A DNA stretch of 35,874 nt, taken from NCBI GenBank assembly GCA_046269625.1, contig JBJURY010555449.1, forward strand, positions 1 to 35,874. Reading direction: 5' to 3'. Source of the DNA: Hausera hauseri (lineage: Eukaryota). The translations under genes and the position numbers were made by a program. Below are positions 1 through 10,300 of the stretch, piece by piece. Position 1 is the stretch's first letter. The number at the start of each line of letters is the position of its first letter. Below the pieces are notes generated by a model. It had not been told where the DNA came from, searched no databases, and worked only from the letters and a program-made list of their open reading frames with translations.

Positions 1-147
1 CGATCTAGCGTGAATTTCGATGAGAAACACTCCGATCGCGCCATCTTCAATGAAATGCTAAATTGTTCAGCGTGTCCTTAGCGGGATTAGTGTGACTGCT
101 GAGATGTTTGATTACCATGGCTTGACTCCAAATGCTTCATTATTGAG

Positions 148-163
148 ACCCTGAATTCAGGGT
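148..163. promoter_or_regulatory. Perfect 16-bp palindrome ACCCTGAATTCAGGGT, candidate operator for a dimeric transcription factor
   Basis: Self-complementary 148-163; extends to 145-166 with one mismatch. Lies in the non-coding region upstream of the gene array. Function is inferred only. Confidence 0.35.
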
Positions 164-335
164 TTCTGGTGCCGGTAAACGGATCTGCTTCAGACTCCCC
201 CTTCTTTATATACAAAATATTGTGGTTCTTTGCATAATAAATATCAAGGGAATTTCTAGCATTTTTTCTTTTTAAATGAAATGGTTATCATATTTTCTTC
301 CGGATTGTCCCATGAGGTGTCTTGTTTAAAGTGAC

Positions 336-364
336 TTGACTATACAATAAAATACGTTTACCTT
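336..364 (+). promoter_or_regulatory. Putative sigma70-type promoter for the giant-gene array
   Basis: TTGACT (336-341), 17-nt spacer, TACCTT (359-364, TAnnnT). Preceded by an AT-rich tract (~205-330) and ~110 nt upstream of the likely ATG. Confidence 0.5.
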
Positions 365-472
365 GGAGGGAGCACACAATATGTTGTGTTTATGCTGGTG
401 GGTAGTTTATGCCGTGAAGTTGCGTATATAGGCGGCAAAACGTTTTAAGTTCTCCTTAAAGGGGTGCGTTGT

Positions 473-3400
473 ATGTCAAGTAAAGTGAAGAATGCTGAAT
501 TCACGACTCGTGGGGTGACTCATGGTACGGCACGATGGGTAGATGCCGATGTCCAGGAAGTTCGGCCGAGTTTGGCGTATGCACAGACGGGTAAAAAAAC
601 GCCTGGTGTCGCAGGGTCGGTCGGTAAAAGAACGCATCAGACCGCAGGGTCACATGTGTCCAAAACCAAATCCACCTTGACCAAAAAGATTAAAAATGGT
701 TATGACGATGATGATCCGAGCCGTGTAACAGCGGATGGAAAAGGTGCTTGGCATTCGCCGTTGGAAGCCATGACGGATGCAGATGGTTACCGTTATGTGG
801 ATAGTGGGTTGATTGGAAAATCTTCTGCTGGTGTGGTCAATAAGACGGGGCATTCTGCCGAAGTGGGTCGTTCGGTATCCAAATCTGTCGGGGAGACAGT
901 CAGCTATGGTGATATATCCGCAGCTGCGGATTACGGTGCAGGGGGATATACAGGCAGTTCCAATACGGGGTCTGGTATATCAAGCCTGTTTGGAGCTGTT
1001 TCCAAAATACCGATGCCGGTAATGGTTTGGGGCGGAGGGCTGTTGGTATCAACCGGTATGTCGGTGAATGCCAACAGCAGTAGCAGCGATACTGCCACCA
1101 CAACTACTGGCGGGTCGACCAGTGCTACGCCAACCACCCAGACACAACTACCAGTCAAGGTGGCGGCAGGTCCTTTTACCGCCGGGGTGACTATTACTGC
1201 TTACAAGCCTGATGGGGTTACGGTGTTGGCTACGGGCACAATAGACTCCACCGGGAATGTTTCGCTGAATCTTGGTTCTTACACCGGGGCAGTGTTGTTA
1301 TCAGCAGTGGATAGCAATGGCGCTAGTACCAATTATGTGGATGAGACAACAGGCAAGCAGACAAATTTGGGATCAACGGTGTTGCGGTTGGCAGCAATGG
1401 TCAATTCAGGGACTAATGCTGCTGTCACGATTACGCCTTTGACGGAAATTGCCGTGCGGCAAATGGGCTTGTCGGTTGGCAGTAATAATCTGTCTAATGT
1501 TTCTGCATCGACCATAAGCAGTGTCAATACTTCAATTGCCAAATTGTTTCTGAACAATAATTCCGACGTAACCCGGTTGGAACCCAAGTTGACGGTGGAT
1601 GCAAGCGGCAATAGAACGGCCAGTACTGCTGATGCTTATGGCAAGGTGCTGGCTTTGTTGTCTGGTTATGGTGGCACAACACCCAGCGGGTCACAAAGTG
1701 CCAATGGTTTTGATGCCACGTTGACTGCATTAAACAATACCATTTCAACCTCGAATGGGGTATCCAGTATCAACAATCTCACCAGTTTTATTGGTGTGAT
1801 GAATCAGGGTCTTACCACCTACAATAAATCCAACACATCGTCTTCTCTGGTTGCAACAGATAAGGATATTGCTCCCGTTTTAGGGGTCGCGGCACCCACC
1901 TTGGCCTTGGGTACGGGGGTCAGTGATGGTGCAACATCACTCGAAGCGACCCAAGCTTCCGGAGTTTTAACGGCGACTGCGGTTTCTGGTACCGTATTGA
2001 CTGCAACCTTTACCAATAGCGCAAATGTTTCAGTCACCAAAACCGTTACATCATCTGGTGCAGCAGCGCCTGTTGTGTTGAGTACGGCTGATTTGACAAC
2101 ACTGGGAGACGGTACGATCAAGGCCTCTGTTACGGCCAGCAACTCCGGCTTGACCGGGTCTGCAACGACCACCAGCTTTGTCTTGGATACGGTTTCGCCA
2201 ACGGCTGTAATAACAACGAACAAAACATCATTTGCCTCAGCCACAGATTCGGCCGTGCTGACCTTTACTTTTAGTGAAGTGCCGGTTGGTTTTGATTTGA
2301 CCAAGGTGACTGTAGTGGGTGGCACTTTAACGTCGCCGTTAGCGGCCGCCACAGACAGTAAAATTTACATCTCAACATTTACGCCTACCTTAACGGGTAA
2401 GGAAACTCCCAGTGTTTCCATCAACGCGGGGGGGTACCAGGATGCTGCCGGAAATCTTGGATCGTCGGCACCGTCACCTGCGTTTACGACAACTAACTCT
2501 CCTACGGTGACCATTACCAGTAGCGCTTCCAAATTAAAGACAGGTGAAACGGCTATTATTACATTTACCTTTAGCGCTGCCCCTACCGGGTTCGATGCAA
2601 GCAAAGTGACCACAACAGGGGGGGATCTCAGCAATCTGTCTGTTAGCGCTGGTTCTACGGTCATTTACACTGCCACATTTACCCCCACGCAAAACAGTAC
2701 GACAGCCCCCAGCATTACCGTGGCCGCCAATAGTTACACCAATAGCAGCGGTTACGGCAATGCGGCCGGAGCAAGCCCGGTAATTGCCGTAGATACGCAA
2801 CCCCCCACCATGAGTATTGCAAGCAATATCACGAAGATCAATGGAATAAGTGGCAGCAATGTGGCTGTATTGACTTTCACGTTCAGTGAGGCTGTAACCG
2901 GGTTTGATGTCAGCAAACTCAGCGCCACGACCTCGGGTGGTGCCTCAGCGGGAACTTTTAGCAATTTTTCCCAGAATGCCACTAATGCCAAAATCTATAC
3001 GGCCACGTACACTCCATCCGCTAACATCAACAACGCGACCGTTTCAGTCACTGCGGCCGGGTCTTATACCGATGCTGCCGGGAACATCGGTTCAGCCCAG
3101 AGTCTGAGCCTGACCGTTGACAATGTAGCACCTGTTGCGCCAGCTGTGGGCCTGGGTACCAAGGTGAGTACGGGGGCAAATAGTGCCACAGCAACCCAGG
3201 CCAGTGGGGTAGTGACGGTTTCAACCGAGAGTGGTTCTTCGGTAAACGCTACCTTTATCAATAACACCAAGTCTGTGGTTAAAACGATAACAGGAGCAGT
3301 TGCTCCACAGCCCGTTATCTTGCAGGCCGCTGATCTCTCTGCGTTAGGAGATGGCAGCATTACCGTGCGTGTTGCAGCCACGGATGCCGCAGGTAATATT

Positions 3401-6400
3401 GGGGCATCCGCGTCCACCAGCTTTGTATTGGACACTGTAGCGCCAGTGGCACCTACGGTGGCGATGGGTAGTGGTATCAGCAATTCGGTTGTTGGTAGCA
3501 CCCAGGCCGTGCAGTCTTCCGGGGTTGTGACTGTAAATGCAGAAGCGGGTAGTACCGTGTTGGTAACTTTTAGTGGTAACGGTAAGAGTGTCACCAAACA
3601 ACTCACGGCAAATGGCAGTGCCCAGGGTGTTGTTTTGGCGAGTGGTGATCTGGCTGGCAGCACGGGTCTGGTTGATGGCCTGGTGACGGTGAGTGCCTCT
3701 GCAACAGATGCCGCAGGTAATATCAGCGCCGTTGGCTCCAGCTCTTTCACGCTTAAAACACAGCTTCCTCTGGCACCCGTGGTTGCATTGGGCACCGGGG
3801 TGAGTAATGGAGCCAACAGTGCCGAAGCTACACAGTCAAGTGGGGTAGTCACCGTGAATGCAGAAAGCTCGTCCAGCGTGCAGGTGACATTCTCCAATGG
3901 GAGCAAGACTGTCACCAAAACCTTGAACGGCACAGGGTCTGCACAAGCGGTTCCCTTGAATAGTGCTGATTTGACGGCGCTTGGTGATGGCTCTATTACT
4001 GTGACGGCCAAACAAACCGATGCAACAGGCAGCGCGTCTCCGGTGTCGTCTACAACATTTCTGCTGGATGCAACACCTCCTACTGCGGCGATCAGTGCCA
4101 GCCAGTATCTGGTGACCTCGGGGAATACTTCCACGATCACATTCAATTTTAGTGAGGCTGTAACCGGATTTAACAATAACTCTGTAACCGTTGCCGGTGG
4201 TACCCTGTCAACGATTACATCGGGCAGCAACAATACCTATACCGCTACTTTTACCGCAGACTCTTCTGCAACGGTACCGGCGATCAGTATTAACAACAAT
4301 GGGTATACAGATGCTGTTGGTAATCAGGGTGCTTCCGCTGTTTTGTATGGCGTTACCAAAGATTCCAATATCCCCAGAGTGACGATAACCAGTGACAAGA
4401 TGTCATTGCGATCCGGAGACACCGCAACGGTTACGTTTACATTCAGTCAGGCGGTTTCCGGTTTTGTATTGAATGACATCACGCTGGGTAACGGCACGGC
4501 TCAAATAACCAATCTTGCGGCAGTTTCCGGTAGCACAACGACCTATACGGCAACCTACACCCCTCCCACCAATTTTAATGGCCTTACCTCTGTTTCGGTG
4601 AGAGAGGCGAGTTATACCAATGCGGCGGGCACAGTGAATGGCTTGGCTGGGTCTTTAAGCAATCTGGCGATCAATACCATAGCGCCTCCTTCCCCCGTGC
4701 TGGCTTTGGGTGCAGGAGTAAGTGACGGAGCTACCAGTACTGAAGCAGTGCAGTCTGGCGGAGTTGTGACCGCATTGGGGAGTAGCGGTGCGACCGTGAC
4801 CGTGACGTTTGCCAATGGCAGCAAAACGGTGACTAAAACTCTCACCGGCAATGGTGCAGCGCAGGCTGTAACCTTGCTTGCCGGTGACTTGTCCACATTG
4901 ACGGATGGCCAAATTGCGGTAACAGCCACTACTCGGGATGCCGCAGGGAATCTCAGCAGCGTATCCAATATCAGCTTTACTTTGGATACCACGCCCCCAG
5001 GCAAGCCCACGATGGTGGTGAAGGCTGGGCAGGACGCGAATGTAAACGGCAGTGAAACCGGGGTAGATGTTGAAATATCTTCTACGGGCATGGTTGCTGG
5101 CGATAAGGTGCAGGTTAGCATGGGCGGGCAGAGTTTTGGTTCTGTTTACACCGTGACGTCGTCGGACGTGACAGCAGGCAAGGTGACCATGAATCTGGCC
5201 AAGAGCGCATTGGGTGCTGATGGCGTCAAGGCAATGACTGTGGTTGTTACCGATGCGGCCGGTAATGTCAGCACTGTCAGCGATACTTTGAACATTACAG
5301 TGGGTACCGCAGCGCCAGGCAAGCCCACGATGGTGGTGAAGGCTGGTCAGGATGCCTATGTAAACAGCAGTGAATCCGGGGTAGATGTTGAAATATCTTC
5401 CACGGGCATGACTGCTGGCGACAAGGTGCAGGTTAGCATGGGCGGGCAGAGTCTTGGTTCTGCTTACACCGTGACGTCGTCGGACGTGACAGCAGGCAAG
5501 GTGACCATGAATCTGGCCAAGAGCGCATTGGGTACTGATGGCGTCAAGGCAATGACTGTCGTTGTTACTAATGCGTCTGGTAGTTCCAGTACTGCCAGCG
5601 ATGCTTTGAACATTACAGTGGATACCACAGCGCCAGGCAAGCCCACGATGGTGGTGAAGACTGGGCAGGACGCGTATGTAAACAGCAGTGAAACCGGGGT
5701 AGATGTTGAAATATCTTCCACGGGCATGGTTGCTGGCGATAAGGTGCAGGTGAGAATGGGCGGGCAGAGTTTTGGTTCTGCTTACACCGTGACGTCGTCG
5801 GACGTGACAGCAGGCAAGGTGACCATGAATCTGGCCAAGAGCGACTTGGGTGCTGATGGTACCAAGTCAATGACTGTCGTTGTTACCGATGCGGCCGGTA
5901 ATTCCAGTACTGCCAGCGATGCTTTAACGCTGACTGTGGATCAAACATCACCAACCGTTACGATCACCAGTACGTCGGGAACTAAGCCTGACCTGACTGC
6001 TTCCGGCTCGACATCGCCGCTTACCTTCACTTTTTCTGAGGCTGTGACGGGGTTGGATACATCAAAATTTACGGCAGTTGGTGGAACCATTTCAGCACTA
6101 ACAGCGGTGAGTGGCAGCACAACCCAATATACGGCTACTTTTACCTCTAGTGGGTTCTCCTCTTCGGCAAGCAATACACCTCAGGTGGATGTGGCTGCGG
6201 GCGCCTTTAAAGATTTGGCCGGTAATTCCAACACGGCAACTGCCAAATTAAGTGGCGGCAGTGGCAAATTCACTGCAGGGCCTGCATTGGGGGGGATGGC
6301 CATCACAGTATATGGCGAGAAAGGCCAAGTGCTGGATCGCTCAGTGCTGGATGCCGATGGAAGATATAAGATTAATACAGGAGCTTATAGCGGTAAGGTA

Positions 6401-7192
6401 TTGGCAGTCCTGACAGATTTGAACGGATCTGCAGTTAATTATATGGATGAAGCCACCCTGCGTGGAAAAGACCTGGGGTCGGTTGTACTGCGTGCTGCGG
6501 GAGTCGTTGAAGCGGGTAAACCCTTTGTGCTCAATGTGACACCGCTCACGGAGCTGGCTGTGCGCAAGATGGGACTCAAGGCAGGGCAGATCAGCCTGAG
6601 CCAGGTAGATTCTGGTGATATTGTCAAGACAAATAAGGCAATTGCGCAGCTATTTTTAGGTGAAGATCAACAGATTACGCAGATTAAAGCTGATGCGGTA
6701 ATTAATAAGCAGGGTGAGAGCACCGTTGCTAACAAATACGGTCAGGTCTTGGCAACTCTGTCCGAGATGGACAAAATAAATCAGGGGAGTATGGAGACTA
6801 CTTTAAGTAAGCTATCGCATGAGATTACTCCGGACATGCTGAAGCATGCAGCTCAGCCTCCTGCTGGGCAAGCACCCAGCCCATTACAATTCTGCGCTGA
6901 CCACTCACCGAGCGCTCTTACAAAGGGCGCTGTGCCAACCCAGTCCAAGGCTGAGGCAGTGTTTGATGCCGCACATCTGGTTTCTTCTTTGGCTGGTGGT
7001 TTGGCAGCTTATCACCACGCTGCACCACAGAAAAATGTTGACGTTGTGCGCGTTGCATCGAATTTTAATCCCCATGATTTGTTGTTAGCCAATGATGAGG
7101 CAGGTCTTGGTAATGCTCTGCAGTATCTGGCAACCAGTATGGTGCAAGTAGGTGACGGGCATGAGCATCAGAACAAGGTTATTTTGGGTTAA
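473..7192 (+). CDS. Giant repetitive surface protein / adhesin, ~2239 aa, ~14 bacterial Ig-like domains flanked by N- and C-terminal copies of a 'TPLTE' domain
   Basis: Uninterrupted ORF. The track starts at GTG 464, but ATG 473 has AAGGGG (459-464) 8 nt upstream. Repeats of ~100 aa: 'DT..P...TFTFSE.V.GF...YTATFTP...Y.D.AGN' (Big_12-like) and 'P.LALG.GVSDGA.S.EA.Q.SGVVTV...LGDG.I.V...TDAAGN' (Ca-stabilised BIg-like). S/T/G/A/V-rich; one Cys. Confidence 0.93.
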   Translation: MSSKVKNAEFTTRGVTHGTARWVDADVQEVRPSLAYAQTGKKTPGVAGSVGKRTHQTAGSHVSKTKSTLTKKIKNGYDDDDPSRVTADGKGAWHSPLEAMTDADGYRYVDSGLIGKSSAGVVNKTGHSAEVGRSVSKSVGETVSYGDISAAADYGAGGYTGSSNTGSGISSLFGAVSKIPMPVMVWGGGLLVSTGMSVNANSSSSDTATTTTGGSTSATPTTQTQLPVKVAAGPFTAGVTITAYKPDGVTVLATGTIDSTGNVSLNLGSYTGAVLLSAVDSNGASTNYVDETTGKQTNLGSTVLRLAAMVNSGTNAAVTITPLTEIAVRQMGLSVGSNNLSNVSASTISSVNTSIAKLFLNNNSDVTRLEPKLTVDASGNRTASTADAYGKVLALLSGYGGTTPSGSQSANGFDATLTALNNTISTSNGVSSINNLTSFIGVMNQGLTTYNKSNTSSSLVATDKDIAPVLGVAAPTLALGTGVSDGATSLEATQASGVLTATAVSGTVLTATFTNSANVSVTKTVTSSGAAAPVVLSTADLTTLGDGTIKASVTASNSGLTGSATTTSFVLDTVSPTAVITTNKTSFASATDSAVLTFTFSEVPVGFDLTKVTVVGGTLTSPLAAATDSKIYISTFTPTLTGKETPSVSINAGGYQDAAGNLGSSAPSPAFTTTNSPTVTITSSASKLKTGETAIITFTFSAAPTGFDASKVTTTGGDLSNLSVSAGSTVIYTATFTPTQNSTTAPSITVAANSYTNSSGYGNAAGASPVIAVDTQPPTMSIASNITKINGISGSNVAVLTFTFSEAVTGFDVSKLSATTSGGASAGTFSNFSQNATNAKIYTATYTPSANINNATVSVTAAGSYTDAAGNIGSAQSLSLTVDNVAPVAPAVGLGTKVSTGANSATATQASGVVTVSTESGSSVNATFINNTKSVVKTITGAVAPQPVILQAADLSALGDGSITVRVAATDAAGNIGASASTSFVLDTVAPVAPTVAMGSGISNSVVGSTQAVQSSGVVTVNAEAGSTVLVTFSGNGKSVTKQLTANGSAQGVVLASGDLAGSTGLVDGLVTVSASATDAAGNISAVGSSSFTLKTQLPLAPVVALGTGVSNGANSAEATQSSGVVTVNAESSSSVQVTFSNGSKTVTKTLNGTGSAQAVPLNSADLTALGDGSITVTAKQTDATGSASPVSSTTFLLDATPPTAAISASQYLVTSGNTSTITFNFSEAVTGFNNNSVTVAGGTLSTITSGSNNTYTATFTADSSATVPAISINNNGYTDAVGNQGASAVLYGVTKDSNIPRVTITSDKMSLRSGDTATVTFTFSQAVSGFVLNDITLGNGTAQITNLAAVSGSTTTYTATYTPPTNFNGLTSVSVREASYTNAAGTVNGLAGSLSNLAINTIAPPSPVLALGAGVSDGATSTEAVQSGGVVTALGSSGATVTVTFANGSKTVTKTLTGNGAAQAVTLLAGDLSTLTDGQIAVTATTRDAAGNLSSVSNISFTLDTTPPGKPTMVVKAGQDANVNGSETGVDVEISSTGMVAGDKVQVSMGGQSFGSVYTVTSSDVTAGKVTMNLAKSALGADGVKAMTVVVTDAAGNVSTVSDTLNITVGTAAPGKPTMVVKAGQDAYVNSSESGVDVEISSTGMTAGDKVQVSMGGQSLGSAYTVTSSDVTAGKVTMNLAKSALGTDGVKAMTVVVTNASGSSSTASDALNITVDTTAPGKPTMVVKTGQDAYVNSSETGVDVEISSTGMVAGDKVQVRMGGQSFGSAYTVTSSDVTAGKVTMNLAKSDLGADGTKSMTVVVTDAAGNSSTASDALTLTVDQTSPTVTITSTSGTKPDLTASGSTSPLTFTFSEAVTGLDTSKFTAVGGTISALTAVSGSTTQYTATFTSSGFSSSASNTPQVDVAAGAFKDLAGNSNTATAKLSGGSGKFTAGPALGGMAITVYGEKGQVLDRSVLDADGRYKINTGAYSGKVLAVLTDLNGSAVNYMDEATLRGKDLGSVVLRAAGVVEAGKPFVLNVTPLTELAVRKMGLKAGQISLSQVDSGDIVKTNKAIAQLFLGEDQQITQIKADAVINKQGESTVANKYGQVLATLSEMDKINQGSMETTLSKLSHEITPDMLKHAAQPPAGQAPSPLQFCADHSPSALTKGAVPTQSKAEAVFDAAHLVSSLAGGLAAYHHAAPQKNVDVVRVASNFNPHDLLLANDEAGLGNALQYLATSMVQVGDGHEHQNKVILG
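1145..1888 (+). other. N-terminal copy of the ~240-aa bookend ('TPLTE') domain in gene 1
   Basis: AAGPFTAG..YKPDG..GSYTGAVLL..DSNG..NYVDETT..LGSTVLR..ITPLTEIAVRQMGL..IAKLFL..YGKVLALLSG..NQGLTTYN; boundaries approximate. Confidence 0.8.
4997..5926 (+). repeat. Three near-identical tandem 318-bp (106-aa) Ig-like units
   Basis: Units start with CCAGGCAAGCCCACGATGGTGGTGAAG at 4997, 5315 and 5633 (period exactly 318). A core of ~60 nt is identical in all three. Confidence 0.95.
6263..7189 (+). other. C-terminal copy of the bookend domain in gene 1 plus short tail
   Basis: TAGPALGG..YGEKG..GAYSGKVL..DLNG..NYMDEATL..DLGSVVLR..VTPLTELAVRKMGL..IAQLFL..YGQVLATLS..GGLAAYH; collinear with 1145-1888. 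Confidence 0.85.
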
Positions 7193-7317
7193 AGCCTTGT
7201 ATTCCGGCTCTGTACAGGGAGAGGGATGCATGAAGGGGCTATATGCCTGTGAAGGGAGGATGTTCGGATTGAAGGGGACGTAATTTGACGGTACAGCAAT
7301 ATCAGGTTTAAGTGGAC

Positions 7318-10300
7318 ATGTCTGATCATACAGGCCGGTTATCGGTGTCACATAAAAAAGAAGAGAGATACGCCAAGCGTACTGACATTCTGTTGAAAAA
7401 GTCCAAAGTGGCTAAGCGGGGTTATTTACCCTATCCAGAACACGAAGTTTACGAAGCGCAGGTTGTGATTCAGGAGCTCAAGCCCGCTGAACATGACCAG
7501 ATTCCCCGTAAGCTTTATTCCCAGGAAAGTAATCAGTCAGTGGCAAGTACGTCGCAAATGCGACCCTCCCCTGAGGAGGGATTCATTTCGGCCTTGGGAC
7601 AGCCCACAACGGGTGTTGTGACAACCGGTCAGTTTGCTTCTGGCTATGAAACGGAAACCACAATATTTGGGTTATCGCGTGATGACCTGGGCTATATCGG
7701 GGAATTCGATCCGGTACAGTCATCCATAGGGTTGGCAGTCTGGGTGGGTATGATAGCCGCAGGCCAAATAGCGATGGCCATGTCGGGTTCTGACAGCTCC
7801 TCGGCAATGCCAGCCGCCAGTGTTACTAACGTTACCAGCAATACAGTGACAGCCATGCTGGGGCAGGGGCCTTTTATTGGGGGAGTGCTGGTCAAGGTTT
7901 ACAAGGTGGACGGCAGCTTGCTGACTTCTGGCGTGATTGATAGTAACGGTAAGGTTGTGCTGGACGTGGGTAGTTATAACGGAGCTGTGTTACTGGTTGC
8001 AACAGATGATAACGGCACTGCCAGCAACTACATGGATGAAGCTACCTTAACAGCCAAAGACCTGGGTAATACGATTCTGCGTGCGGCCACTGTGGTCAAT
8101 GTTGGTAATACGCTGGTGTATATGACGGTATTGACAGAGCTTGCGGTCAGAAAAATGGGACTGACATCGCCACAGTCAACCAGCCTGTCTGCCGTGCCTG
8201 CATCGAGTATTACGGAAACCAATACGGCGATTGCACAGTTATTTCTGAATAAGAGTGCTGATATTTCCAGCGTTGCGCCCAACATGGTGGTAAGCCCAAC
8301 AGGGGCAGATAACTCTGCCAATGCCAATGAATACGGCAGACTGCTGGCAATATTGTCTGGCTATGATGCAACCACGGCCAGTGGTGCGACCGCACCACGT
8401 GGTACGTTGACGACGCTCAACACACTGGAAACGCTTACCTCGGTGACAAATGGTGTGGCCAACACGACGGATATGGCTCAGTTGGTTGATATGGTGAATC
8501 AGGGCCTGCAGCAATTTAACACCAGCAAATTACAGGCTATTTCTCAGACTGATCCACTCGTTACCCGTTTGCTCAAGCTCTCGGCACCCCAACTGGCTTT
8601 GGGTGCCGGTGTCAGCGACGGGGCGACCAGCAGCGAAGCGGTTCAATCCACAGGGGTGGTGACAGTGAACGCAGTATCTGGCGCGTTGTTGAATATCACC
8701 CTGAGCAATGGCAACAAAACGGTAACCAAGTCGGTCACGGGAACTGGCTCCGCAGCGCCTGTGGTATTGGCGGCTAGTGATTTGGACACTTTAGGAAACG
8801 GCACGATTACCGTGCGTGCCGTGGCTGGTAATACCACGCTCCAGGGTGCTGCTACGGAAACCAGTTTTGTGCTGGATACCGTGGCTCCAACGGTTGTCAT
8901 CAGCAGTAATAAACAGACCTTGCTGGGTTCGACAGATACCACGGTAGTTACCTTCACTTTTTCAGAGCCACCGTCCAAATTTACGCAATCTTCCGTCACG
9001 GTTTCAGGAGGGCAAATCACCTCACCACAAGTGTTGGCCAGTGATGCCAAGGTATATACCGCCACTCTCACCCCCGATAGTGGTTCATCGACATCCACGG
9101 TGTCTATTGTGGCGGGCAGCTATACCGATGCCGCAGGTAACCCGGGTGGTGCCGGTGCTGCTCTCTCATGGGGGGTAATTGCCCCACCGGTGGTGACCAT
9201 GGCCTTGGGTACGGGGGTGGCCGATGGTGCTACCAGCAGCGAGGCGGTGCAAGCCTCAGGGGTGGTGACGGTATCCGGTAATAACGGGGGAACTCTCACA
9301 GCAAGTTTTGTGAGGGGTAGCACCACATTGACCCGGACATTAACAGCCAATGGTAGCGCGCAGCCCCTAACCCTGGATGCTGCTGACCTGACACAACTGG
9401 GAGACGGGGTAGTCAGCGTCAGTGCCACTGTTAAAGACAGTTATGGCAATGTGAGTCCGGTAACCAGTACCACGTTTGTACTGGATACGGTTTCACCGGT
9501 AATACCTACGTTGAGTTTGATCAATGCGAGTCTCATCAATCGGGTCAGTGCCTTGAGTAGTAACGGTATTTTCACCGTGACCTCGGAAAATACCAGTAAT
9601 ACCAATGTCACTTTGGAGCGGAATGGTGCCATTGTGGTAAAGAGCTTGACCGGTACCGGTTCCGCACAGCCGGTAGTGTTGACGGACGCTGACCTGGCTG
9701 TGCTGGGCAACGGTACTGTGACCGTGTCGGTTTCTTCCAAAGATGCCGCAGGTAATGTCAGTAATGCATCCAGTGGCAATTTTGTGCTAAATGCTGCAGT
9801 CCCGGCCAAACCGGCGTTAAGCTTGGCTTCCGGCTATGACAACTGGATCAGCATGGATAAAGCCGGAACCAGTCTGGCAGTGGTAACGACCGGCATGCAA
9901 GCGGGAGATCGCTTGCAGTTAAAACTGTCTGGGTCTGACTTTGGCACAGCTTATACGTTGACCCAGGCCGATGTTACGGCCGGTAAAGTAACACTTGCTG
10001 TAGCCAAAAACACATTGGGCAGTGATGGTATAAAAGCCTTCAGTGTTGTGACAGTTGATGTGGCAGGCAATATCAGCCCGCCTAGTGATACGCTAGATGT
10101 GACACTGGATACCCAGCCCCCAACAATAACCACCACCACAACGGTGGTCATGTCCAGTGGCAGTGTGATGATACAAAGTTCGGAGCCAGTGACGGCATAT
10201 CTGCTGTCCAGTGGTTTCACTGCCAACAGTGTGGCCAATATTACCGCCTCTCCATCCAGCCAATGGAAATCCGCAATCATTTCCACGGCCAATAGCCCCA

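Noticed and set aside
1-118. Possible divergent gene start on the minus strand (ATG at 118 with GGAG upstream; another ATG at 44)
   Set aside because: The frame from 118 stops after 23 codons. The one from 44 gives only 14 codons before the window edge and has no clear SD, so no CDS can be supported.
452-464. CTCCT/AGGGG mini-hairpin that could occlude the gene 1 SD
   Set aside because: Only ~5 bp with a 3-nt loop and a G-U pair; too weak, and no riboswitch consensus recognised in the leader.
4997-5926. CRISPR- or DGR-like interpretation of the near-identical repeats
   Set aside because: The repeats are in-frame coding units with no unique spacers, differences are not adenine-specific, and no cas or reverse transcriptase gene is present.
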